This document shows positions 56,083 through 64,000 of a stretch of DNA of 64,000 nucleotides, piece by piece. A program made the translations under genes and the position numbers. Below the pieces are notes generated by a model. The model saw only the letters and a program-made list of their open reading frames with translations, was not told the origin of the DNA and ran no database searches. Source of the DNA: a virus. Each line of letters opens with the position of its first letter. Positions within the stretch are counted from its first letter, which is position 1. The stretch covers positions 14,596-78,595 of IMG/VR virus record IMGVR_UViG_3300000651_000004. The stretch is one strand, 5' to 3'.

Positions 56083-56318
56083 TCAAATTTGTAGCGGGAT
56101 CTTATAAAGGCGTGAAAGAAGACCGCCAAAAAGATGTCTACCGCCTTTTGCACATTGCTTTTGATCACGGCTACCTGTTTGATGCCGGTGAAATCGAAGC
56201 CATCTGGGAAAAAGCCACTATTGGCAGCTGGGCACCGTTACCTGAAAAGGATGAGGACATCTGGTTTTTCATAGAGAAAAATCTTCCACCTCAAATCGCC
56301 AGCAGCAGCAAATCTTAA
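56079..56318 (+). CDS. Hypothetical protein
   Basis: 79 aa, coupled to the upstream gene. Confidence 0.65.
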   Translation: MIKFVAGSYKGVKEDRQKDVYRLLHIAFDHGYLFDAGEIEAIWEKATIGSWAPLPEKDEDIWFFIEKNLPPQIASSSKS

Positions 56319-56322
56319 CCCT

Positions 56323-58215
56323 ATGCCTGGGGACCATATCGCAATCGATTTTGAAAGCTTTTATAGTCCCCAGGTGTCGATTAAAAAAATGGGGGTTCGG
56401 GAATACCTGGACAATCCCGAAACCGAAATCTATTTGGTCAGTGCAAACAACGGTGATGGAATCGACCTGGCCTGCCACCCCCATGAATTCAATTGGGAAC
56501 TTCTCCATGGACAACTGGTGGTCAGCCATAACGCGAATTTCGACGCGCAGGTATTTGACCACCTTCAACACCGGGGCGTTATCCCCAAGTTTGTCCATCC
56601 CGCCGAATGGAACTGCACAGCCAATCTTTGCGCATACCTGGGAGTTCCCAGAGCCCTGGACGGCGCTGCTAAAGTTTTATTCGGAGCAGAAGTAACCAAG
56701 GATGTCCGCAATGGAATGCGCGGCAAACACTGGGCCGATCTCAAGCCCAAGCACAAAGAAGCCCTCTTTATCTACGGCAAACAGGACGCTTACTGGGCCT
56801 ATCGAATCTGGGCTGAATTTGCCGACAAATGGCCACTGGTTGAACGTCAGCTCTCACTGCTTACCCTCAGTTCATGCGCTTACGGTATTGCCCTTGATAA
56901 GGGGCTACTTCACCAGCAGCTGGATATTTTAGAGCTTCAGAAAAAAGAAGCACTGCTACACATTCCTTGGGTTCCCGATAAGCCGCCATTGTCGCGCCCA
57001 GCGTTCGATGCGGCCTGTGAGTTTGAGGGACTCAATCCACCGGCCTCACTCGCCATGAGCAGTGAGGAATGCGATGCCTGGATGGAACTTCACGGCGATA
57101 AATATCCGTGGGTCGGCGCTATGCGCGATTACCGTCGCGCCAATATGCTTAGCGCTAAAATCACCCGCATGCTCAACCGGCTTCGGCCACTCAACGGGCG
57201 TATGCCCTATGAGCTTAAATATTTCGGTGCTCACACCGGACGCGATTCCGGGAGCGGCAAAATCAATATGCAGAATTTCAGCCGCGAGCCAATCTGCGGT
57301 ATCCAGCTGCGCCATTCGATCATTGCTCCAACCGGCAGCAAGTTGGTCATCGCCGATCTGAAACAGATCGAAGCCAGGGTACTCCTTTATATGGTGAAAG
57401 ACATAGCGCAACTCACGCTCATAGAGCGCGGCATGAGCCCGTATGAGGCTCACGCGCGGACCTCGATGGGGTGGCGTGGAAGCGGCGACTATAAACTCGA
57501 AAACCCGCGTCATTACCTCTTGGCCAAAGCACGCGTGCTTGCCCTTGGGTACGGGGCCGGCTGGCGCAAATTTTGTTCCATGGCTTATCTGCCTGCCTAC
57601 CTGGGCAAGGAAGCTAAAGAAATCTTCTCGCGGCCCATCACAGAGGAGCAAAAAGCCGCGTTCGCTGATTACTTTGCCAAATATGAAAAAGACCCCGCGA
57701 CCCTCGCCAAATGGAAAAAACGGGATCTTGAGCTTGTGACTGAATGGACCAATGCTTGGATGATCGTTCAAGATTTTCGAATTAAGAATCCACGCATCAT
57801 AGCCTTCTGGAAAATGCTGGACCAGGGGATTCGAAACGCAGAAGGCGACGATTACAAGATCCCCTTACCCAGTGGCCGCACACTGCGCTACCGTGAGGTT
57901 AAGGTTAGCGAGGACCACGGCGCTACAGCCATCATCTGCCGACAGGGGAAGATGGTTCGTCAGAAACTCTACGGCGGAATGCTGACCGAAAACGTAGTAA
58001 GCGCGATCGCTCGGGATGTTTTGCGGGATGCTGCTCTCCGCTTGGCTGCATACGGATTTAAAATAATACTGCGTGTTCATGATGAACTGGTAATGGAAGT
58101 TCCAATTCGAACACCGCTTTTTCTGATAAAAAACCTGATGGCCAAATGTCCTCCCTGGCTACCAGGGTGTCCAATCGACTCCAGTGTTGAGGAGGCGGAA
58201 AGATACAAAAAATGA
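56323..58215 (+). CDS. polA: DNA polymerase family A with a 3'-5' exonuclease
   Basis: IDFES, HNANFD, HTGRDSG, NMQN, ADLKQIEAR, KARVLALGYG, RVHDE. Confidence 0.95.
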   Translation: MPGDHIAIDFESFYSPQVSIKKMGVREYLDNPETEIYLVSANNGDGIDLACHPHEFNWELLHGQLVVSHNANFDAQVFDHLQHRGVIPKFVHPAEWNCTANLCAYLGVPRALDGAAKVLFGAEVTKDVRNGMRGKHWADLKPKHKEALFIYGKQDAYWAYRIWAEFADKWPLVERQLSLLTLSSCAYGIALDKGLLHQQLDILELQKKEALLHIPWVPDKPPLSRPAFDAACEFEGLNPPASLAMSSEECDAWMELHGDKYPWVGAMRDYRRANMLSAKITRMLNRLRPLNGRMPYELKYFGAHTGRDSGSGKINMQNFSREPICGIQLRHSIIAPTGSKLVIADLKQIEARVLLYMVKDIAQLTLIERGMSPYEAHARTSMGWRGSGDYKLENPRHYLLAKARVLALGYGAGWRKFCSMAYLPAYLGKEAKEIFSRPITEEQKAAFADYFAKYEKDPATLAKWKKRDLELVTEWTNAWMIVQDFRIKNPRIIAFWKMLDQGIRNAEGDDYKIPLPSGRTLRYREVKVSEDHGATAIICRQGKMVRQKLYGGMLTENVVSAIARDVLRDAALRLAAYGFKIILRVHDELVMEVPIRTPLFLIKNLMAKCPPWLPGCPIDSSVEEAERYKK

Positions 58216-58442
58216 ACGGTGACAGTCCCTTGCTCAGACGAAAAAGCCTGATGCGTACCGGAGGCGCAACACCACATGCCTCTAATCAAATTGTGCCGGA
58301 AAAAACCCATGCTTCTCAGGAAGCCGGTCCCACTTTCAACATGAACCTGGCCCAGATCACCAGTGACTCTAGCGGCAAATGCAATACCAGCGAGTGGATG
58401 CACAGCTGGTGGGGCCACGCCTGCGGGTGTGGAGAAGATTAG
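58212..58442 (+). CDS. Hypothetical protein
   Basis: ATGA-coupled to PolA. Confidence 0.45.
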   Translation: MNGDSPLLRRKSLMRTGGATPHASNQIVPEKTHASQEAGPTFNMNLAQITSDSSGKCNTSEWMHSWWGHACGCGED

Positions 58443-58603
58443 TTCTGGAGGGGAACAAGAAGAACAACAAAAGCCTAAAAATTCCTTAAACCAGTAATTG
58501 ATCCTCCTTTCTTTAATGTCCAAACAAACCAAAAAACTCACCCATCTCAACCGCGCACTTTCACGCGGAGGCGCGGTTTCCAATGACGGAATAGGAGCTC
58601 CCA

Positions 58604-58786
58604 ATGCCAAAACCACTAACCGGCGGACCTCTAACCGGGGGCGCGGAAGCGCCCGGCCCAAAGCCAAACATGCGCCCCCAGAAGCGTCGGCGCGCACGCA
58701 TTCCCTTACCCGCTAAAAGCGCTGTCGGGCGCAAAATCGATGCTCAAGCCCGCCTGCGACAGGCCACATCCGGAATCAAAAAATGA
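58604..58786 (+). CDS. 60-aa basic peptide
   Basis: GGAG upstream; the stop is ATGA-coupled to the next gene. Confidence 0.55.
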   Translation: MPKPLTGGPLTGGAEAPGPKPNMRPQKRRRARIPLPAKSAVGRKIDAQARLRQATSGIKK

Positions 58787-59904
58787 GCGAGCCTCCCAGC
58801 CCGATTGCCATCTGCCCAAGACAAAACGATCCCAATTCGCTCTGGGTGGCTTGCGTAGATGGTTCGGTCTGGATCTTATCGCCCAATATCGATTCGGTCG
58901 GATCTCCTTACCCTTTTCAAGATACAGGCCAAAATTGGCTTTGGGAAAAACTGCCGCCGATCCCCCAACTCAACGGGGTAACTTATAATCCAGTTGCCAT
59001 CTCTCCCAGCCAGACTGATCCCAATTCGGTCTGGGTAGCTTGTTCAGACGGTTCAGTCTGGACTCTGTCGCCCAATATCGATCCAGCTCCTTATCCCTAT
59101 CGAGATACAGGCCAAGCCTGGAGCTGGAAAAAATTGCCTACCCTTCCAGGGGCAGTAGCCCCGCCAGGGGGAATCGGACCTCCAGGGCCACAAGGGCCGC
59201 AAGGACCAGCTGGTGCTCCCGGAGTACCGGGACCAATAGGCCCACCTGGGCATTCTTCAGATGATGCACCTTATAAATGGTCGACAGCGACCGCAGCGGC
59301 TAACCCTGGCAGCGGCGAAATTGCTGGTAATAACGCCACTATTTCCTCTGTCACCCATATTTATGCCAATGCTTTTGATCAAACCGGAGCAGGAGTTTTT
59401 GGTCTAAGGCAGCTTGTTGATTCAAGACCATTGTTCCTGTACGAAGCCGCTGCTGCCAATCAAAGTGTCAAATTTAAGGTTGTCGGTACGCCGGTCAATA
59501 ATGGACCAGACATTTGGTTTGATATCACGGTCACCTTAGACACCCTCAACGGATTCAGCCCTAAAAATAACGATCCAGTTCAGCTTTTCCTTCCAGTACA
59601 AGGCACAGCAGGGCCACAAGGGCCACCTGGGCCACAAGGACCGGCAGGACCGCAAGGGCCTCCGGGAACTTCCGGGTCAGCAGTCAAATTTGTCTGGGGT
59701 GAAATTCCAACCGGGGCTATCAACGGTACAAACCAAGTCTTTACCACTGCCAGCGCCTACAGCCCAGGCTTGCTTGCCGTTTTCTTAAACGGAATGCGGC
59801 AACGACACCCCGCCGATTATTCGGAGACAGGAAGCCAAACCTTCCAGTTTGTCGCTGCTCCGCTGTCTGGAGACAGTATCTCCATCGATTACACCCAACC
59901 CTAA
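58783..59904 (+). CDS. Collagen-containing virion decoration / fibre protein with an N-terminal tandem repeat
   Basis: Two ~55-aa DPNSxWVACxDGSVW repeats, GXY runs, and a C-terminal VFLNG..Q..DY beta domain. Confidence 0.8.
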   Translation: MSEPPSPIAICPRQNDPNSLWVACVDGSVWILSPNIDSVGSPYPFQDTGQNWLWEKLPPIPQLNGVTYNPVAISPSQTDPNSVWVACSDGSVWTLSPNIDPAPYPYRDTGQAWSWKKLPTLPGAVAPPGGIGPPGPQGPQGPAGAPGVPGPIGPPGHSSDDAPYKWSTATAAANPGSGEIAGNNATISSVTHIYANAFDQTGAGVFGLRQLVDSRPLFLYEAAAANQSVKFKVVGTPVNNGPDIWFDITVTLDTLNGFSPKNNDPVQLFLPVQGTAGPQGPPGPQGPAGPQGPPGTSGSAVKFVWGEIPTGAINGTNQVFTTASAYSPGLLAVFLNGMRQRHPADYSETGSQTFQFVAAPLSGDSISIDYTQP

Positions 59905-59909
59905 ACCAT

Positions 59910-60968
59910 ATGGCCAGCACCCAAATTCGCGGCACCACCCAGATTCAAGTGGGAACAATCGCGGATGCTCAAGTTCAAGCAGCAGCCGCGATTCAAACCA
60001 GCAAACTCGCCGATGGCGCGAAATTCATTAAGTCAGACGGCACCGTGCCGATGCTGGCGACACTGCAGATGGGTACCGGCACACCAGCCGCACCTGCCGG
60101 AACTCAGGCAATCAGTCAGGTTACCAATCCCGTAAACCCGCAGGACGTCGCCACCAAAAGCTACGTTGATACCGCAGTGGCTAATATCGCCACTTCAAGC
60201 ACAACCGTGCTGGCCACTACGATTGGTGCAAATATCACCTTGAGCGGTACGCAGACTCTAGACGGTATCGCGCTTTCTGTCGGCAACAAGGTGCTGGTCA
60301 AGGATCAGACCTCCCAAGCCACCAACGGTATTTACCAGGTGCAATCAGCTGCCTGGACACGTGACCCGTCGATGACCAACTGGAATCAGGTGCCTGGAAT
60401 GATCATCTCAGTCGAACAAGGCACCACCATGCACGACACGGTGTGGTTGTCCACAGCTGATCCCGGCGGCACCATGGGGACTACTGCAATCACGTTCACC
60501 CAAATGCCGGGGCCAAGCGACATCATTCCCGGCATGGGTCTGACCCGATCGGGGCAAACACTTAATGTAGCCTGCCCCGACGCCTCGCTCACCCTGGCTA
60601 CCGGAGCAGTCAACGTTAAAATCGATCCGGCGCGTGCCATCACCCTGGTGGCTGCTGGTATCGGGGTCAACGCCGATGGCACTACCCTGGTCATCACCAG
60701 CAATGTCTTAGGCGTCAAACCTGGGCTATACATGCCGATCATGGGCACCGGCAACCGAGTGACACGAGAAGTTGTCGGCGGTGCATTCCCCGGCACAGCT
60801 TACACCCTGGCCCACGCGCCCAACCCGGTGGGATGCGAAGAAGTTTTCCTAAACGGGCTGCTACTTCAATCAGGTGCCGGGAACGATTATACAATCTCAG
60901 GGACCGCCATCACCATGCTCACCACGACCTCCAGTGGCGACAAACTACTGGCCAACTATTGGTATTAA
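59910..60968 (+). CDS. Fibre / decoration protein
   Basis: QDVATKSYVD stalk, NITLSGTQTLDG..VLVKDQ..NGIY, C-terminal VFLNG..NDYTISG. Confidence 0.8.
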   Translation: MASTQIRGTTQIQVGTIADAQVQAAAAIQTSKLADGAKFIKSDGTVPMLATLQMGTGTPAAPAGTQAISQVTNPVNPQDVATKSYVDTAVANIATSSTTVLATTIGANITLSGTQTLDGIALSVGNKVLVKDQTSQATNGIYQVQSAAWTRDPSMTNWNQVPGMIISVEQGTTMHDTVWLSTADPGGTMGTTAITFTQMPGPSDIIPGMGLTRSGQTLNVACPDASLTLATGAVNVKIDPARAITLVAAGIGVNADGTTLVITSNVLGVKPGLYMPIMGTGNRVTREVVGGAFPGTAYTLAHAPNPVGCEEVFLNGLLLQSGAGNDYTISGTAITMLTTTSSGDKLLANYWY

Positions 60969-60969
60969 A

Positions 60970-62043
60970 ATGCCCCAGACCCAGGTCAGAGGTTCCCAGA
61001 TCCTTAATAACACAGTCCAACGGCAGGACTTGGATACCTCGACCGTTGGGCAGGCTGTTGTCACTAAACTGGTCCAGGGCAGTAATGTCACTTTCAGCTC
61101 GACCGGAGCTGATGCAGGAACCGGCGATGTCACCATTAACGTAGCCAGTGTTCAAGGGCCAACCGGTCCCGCTGGTCCAGCCGGGACACCGGCCTGGACC
61201 ACAGCCAGTGCCGGGTTCACGATTCCGGCAATCGGCTCGACGGTGGTGGTGACCGTGGCGGACCCAACCTGGATGACTGTGGGCGAATTTGTCTATGTAG
61301 CTGGAGCCAGCGGCTCCGGACAAGCCGGTACATTGCAAATTACAAATATCACCGGCAACCAGGTAACCTTGCTCAATGCCGGCGGTGCCTCCGGAGCACT
61401 AATCAGCTCGGATGCCGGGAACTACGCCAAACTGGGTTCAGATAATCTGGTCTTTGTGCCGAACGCACTGGCTTCAACAAGCGCGCGTGGACTTTTAAGC
61501 CCACTCTCAGGTGCAGCTACAGATTTTGTGGGCGGTGACAATACAACCCATTCCTTGGTAACCGCACTTCTAGGATATCTCGTACCAACCGGAGCAGTCA
61601 TCGATTACGCAGGAGCAACTGCCCCAACAGGATTTCTTCTCGCCCAAGGTCAAGCGGTCAGTCGAACAACCTACAGCGGACTTTACACAGCGCTTGGAGG
61701 AGCCGGTTCGCCTTGGGGCCAAGGTGATGGCTCGACCACGTTCAATGTGCCGGATCTGCGCAGCCGTGTGCCAGTTGGCGCAGGTCAAGGAACCGGGCTT
61801 TCAAACTACGCTTTGGCAGCGACTGGAGGTGAGGAAACTCATAGACTTGTACAAGCCGAAATGCCAAGCCACATGCATTATGCAATGTCCAACCCTGTTG
61901 GTTACGCAGGCGGATCATATGGAGCGCATACAAGCTGCGCCAGTACAGGTAATAGCGTTGTTCCATGTACTAGTGCCGGTAGCGACGGAGCGCACAACAA
62001 CATCCAGCCTTACCTGGTGATGAACAAAATCATCAAGACATGA
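60970..62043 (+). CDS. Tail fibre with a beta repeat and collar domain
   Basis: ATG at 60970; FTIP..GNQVTLLN repeat; PTGAVIDYAG..GDGSTTFNVPDLR. Confidence 0.88.
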   Translation: MPQTQVRGSQILNNTVQRQDLDTSTVGQAVVTKLVQGSNVTFSSTGADAGTGDVTINVASVQGPTGPAGPAGTPAWTTASAGFTIPAIGSTVVVTVADPTWMTVGEFVYVAGASGSGQAGTLQITNITGNQVTLLNAGGASGALISSDAGNYAKLGSDNLVFVPNALASTSARGLLSPLSGAATDFVGGDNTTHSLVTALLGYLVPTGAVIDYAGATAPTGFLLAQGQAVSRTTYSGLYTALGGAGSPWGQGDGSTTFNVPDLRSRVPVGAGQGTGLSNYALAATGGEETHRLVQAEMPSHMHYAMSNPVGYAGGSYGAHTSCASTGNSVVPCTSAGSDGAHNNIQPYLVMNKIIKT

Positions 62044-63236
62044 GCAACGGCGTTGAAGTTTTATCTGGCGTTCCCGGCACCGTCGTGCCGAGCGGAGCGC
62101 TCATTACGCCAGGAGGCCAACAGGGGCCAGGTGGGCAACCTGCTTACACAGTTAACACAGCCGCCTTCACCGTTCCCGCAGCCGGTTCAACCGTCGTGAT
62201 AAACGTGAACAACGCCAGCTGGGCGGCTCAAGGAGAATGGGTCTACGTGGCCGGCGCAGACGGCGCAGGCGGGGCGGCAGTCCTACAGATCACCAACATT
62301 TCTGGCAACCAGCTTACCTTGCTGAATCCCGGTCCCGGAACAATAACGCCACCTCTAGCCAGTGTTACGGGAGCTGGGCTCTTAAGTCAGATCAGCGGCA
62401 GAACCACTGATTACGTAGGAGGCGACAATCTCTGCCATCCTTTGAGCATGGTGAGCGGCTTTATTGCCAAGAGTGCCGCCTACAGTGTGCTGCCTGCCGA
62501 TTCTGGCAAATACTTCCTCTGCACCGGAACAGGATGGACCTTGACCCTACCTATGGCGGCGGCGGGTCTTTACTATTATATTCGAAACGACCAGGGATTG
62601 ATAGCGGCTGGTACGATCACGATTGCCGCGCAAGGCGGTCAGACCATCGACGGTGCAACTTCGATCAATCTGCTTCCGGGTCAGGACTGCACGATTATCA
62701 CCGATGGTTCGAATTATCGAACATTCGGATTGAAGCGCGAGGTGATTGTCGGAACCATCGACGGAGCAGGAGGACAAACCGTTTTACTTCCCTCCGGTTA
62801 TCGGATTTTCGAGTTAGAATTTACAGGGATTCAAACAACTGGTGGCGGCGATCAATGGATCTGGTTCCAAGTGAGCAGTAATGGCGGCACTACATGGATC
62901 GCAGCAAATTACTATAATGGGTTCCTTTACAACACCAGCGGAACAGCAGCAGCGTATCTAAATCAGAATAATCAAACGCGGTCCTATCTGGTTCCTATGA
63001 CCGCCAATACGGCTCAGCAATATGCAATGGCGAAGCTTATACTCTATCCGGGCAAGACAGGTGAGAATCCCAATTGGCTTACGGATTGCGGATATTGGTA
63101 CGTAGGTGGAGCGATAACACAAAAATATAACATCTGGGGATTTCTGGATCAGCAAGTGTTGCTAAACGCACTCCAATACTATCCAAACGCTGGCAGTATC
63201 ACCAATATGCACGTCACCGTGAAAGGAAAAGTATAG
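62040..63236 (+). CDS. Tail fibre with a plug motif, beta repeat and tip domain
   Basis: PGTVVPSGALITPGG, the FTVP repeat, and a TLTLP..TIDG..TDGSN module. Confidence 0.85.
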   Translation: MSNGVEVLSGVPGTVVPSGALITPGGQQGPGGQPAYTVNTAAFTVPAAGSTVVINVNNASWAAQGEWVYVAGADGAGGAAVLQITNISGNQLTLLNPGPGTITPPLASVTGAGLLSQISGRTTDYVGGDNLCHPLSMVSGFIAKSAAYSVLPADSGKYFLCTGTGWTLTLPMAAAGLYYYIRNDQGLIAAGTITIAAQGGQTIDGATSINLLPGQDCTIITDGSNYRTFGLKREVIVGTIDGAGGQTVLLPSGYRIFELEFTGIQTTGGGDQWIWFQVSSNGGTTWIAANYYNGFLYNTSGTAAAYLNQNNQTRSYLVPMTANTAQQYAMAKLILYPGKTGENPNWLTDCGYWYVGGAITQKYNIWGFLDQQVLLNALQYYPNAGSITNMHVTVKGKV

Positions 63237-63237
63237 G

Positions 63238-64000
63238 ATGCCTGCTCCAGCTCTCACAGCCGCTGCCGGAACAATTATCCCTGTCAGCAGTTTGATCACG
63301 CCCGGTGGGCAGATAGGCTACACCGGACCCATGGGTGACGGCCAGCCGGTGGGCACAGTCTACGCTTTCACCAGTGTGACCCCGCCTGCCGGATCAATGA
63401 TCGCCGATGGCAGCGCAATCAGCCGCACGACTTATCCCGCGCTCTTTGCAGTAATCGGCACCACTTACGGAGCAGGGGACGGATCGACCACATTCAACAT
63501 TCCTGATCTGCGTTCAAAGTTTATTCTCGGCAACGGCCAAGGGACAGGACTCTCAAATCGCGTCATCGCCACAACCGGCGGCGAAGAAAACCATGTCCTC
63601 TCAGTAGCAGAACTAGCTAACCATGCTCATGGGTTGGGTGGTCACACCCACGGGATGGACCACTATCATAATATTGGTGCAGGTGGCTGGCATGGTCACG
63701 GGTTAGGCGGTCACACGCATGGCTGCGGTCAGCCTAGCTCGATCAATTACGGCACCACTAACCCCGGCTATGCGTTTTATCAATGCGCCGGAAGCAATAC
63801 CGGCGGCCCATCCGGAGGCTCGGACGGAGCCAATACCGGCGCATGGAACACGGTCTATGCTAGCCAGACCAGCGGGAGCTGGGCGAACACAGGCGGTCCC
63901 AGCGGCGGCAGTGATGCGGCCGGCAGCAGCTCTGGCCACAACACGATGCCGCCTTACTTGGTTTTGGTTTACATGATCAAAGTGGCGGCAGGCGGTGGGC
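63238..64000 (+). CDS. Tail fibre with a collar domain, 3'-truncated by the window edge (not in the ORF track)
   Basis: MPAPALTAAAGTIIPVSSLITPGG..., GDGSTTFNIPDLR, HxH motifs, GHNTMPPY; open to the window end. Confidence 0.88.
   Translation, partial: MPAPALTAAAGTIIPVSSLITPGGQIGYTGPMGDGQPVGTVYAFTSVTPPAGSMIADGSAISRTTYPALFAVIGTTYGAGDGSTTFNIPDLRSKFILGNGQGTGLSNRVIATTGGEENHVLSVAELANHAHGLGGHTHGMDHYHNIGAGGWHGHGLGGHTHGCGQPSSINYGTTNPGYAFYQCAGSNTGGPSGGSDGANTGAWNTVYASQTSGSWANTGGPSGGSDAAGSSSGHNTMPPYLVLVYMIKVAAGGG

Noticed and set aside
1-64000. Alternative genetic code or a definite host assignment
   Set aside because: Long ORFs read normally with all three stops. The gene content recalls phages attributed to Verrucomicrobia, but this cannot be supported from the sequence alone.

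Overview
The window is part of a tailed dsDNA phage genome (about 55% GC, densely packed, many ATGA start/stop overlaps) with podovirus-like architecture. There is no tape-measure, sheath or tube gene in the window, and no integrase, primase/helicase or obvious small terminase. Layout: (1) 1-3.9 kb, + strand: a ubiquitin-like conjugation operon (Prok-E2-like, ThiF/E1, JAB/MPN protease and two unknown genes). (2) 3.9-10.7 kb: small accessory genes, including a degenerate citrate-synthase-fold gene, a HAD phosphatase and a ~96-nt tRNA-like RNA displaying an anti-Shine-Dalgarno loop. (3) 10.7-52.4 kb, - strand: the virion and lysis module (terminase, portal, scaffold, major capsid, tail and fibre genes, internal virion proteins including a 3569-aa giant, and an amidase endolysin). 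(4) 52.4-58.2 kb, + strand: replication and recombination genes (HTH, RuvC-like, histone-fold-like, frameshifted Cas4/DUF2800-like nuclease, SSB-like, PolA). (5) 58.8-64 kb, + strand: a second fibre cluster. The top observations are a plug-and-socket split-domain design shared by both fibre clusters (suggesting donor-strand assembly of chained fibres), the phage E1/E2/JAB system, the anti-SD tRNA-like RNA, and a major capsid gene that appears to start at AUC behind a strong SD. All family calls come from motif recognition by eye; no database searches were run.
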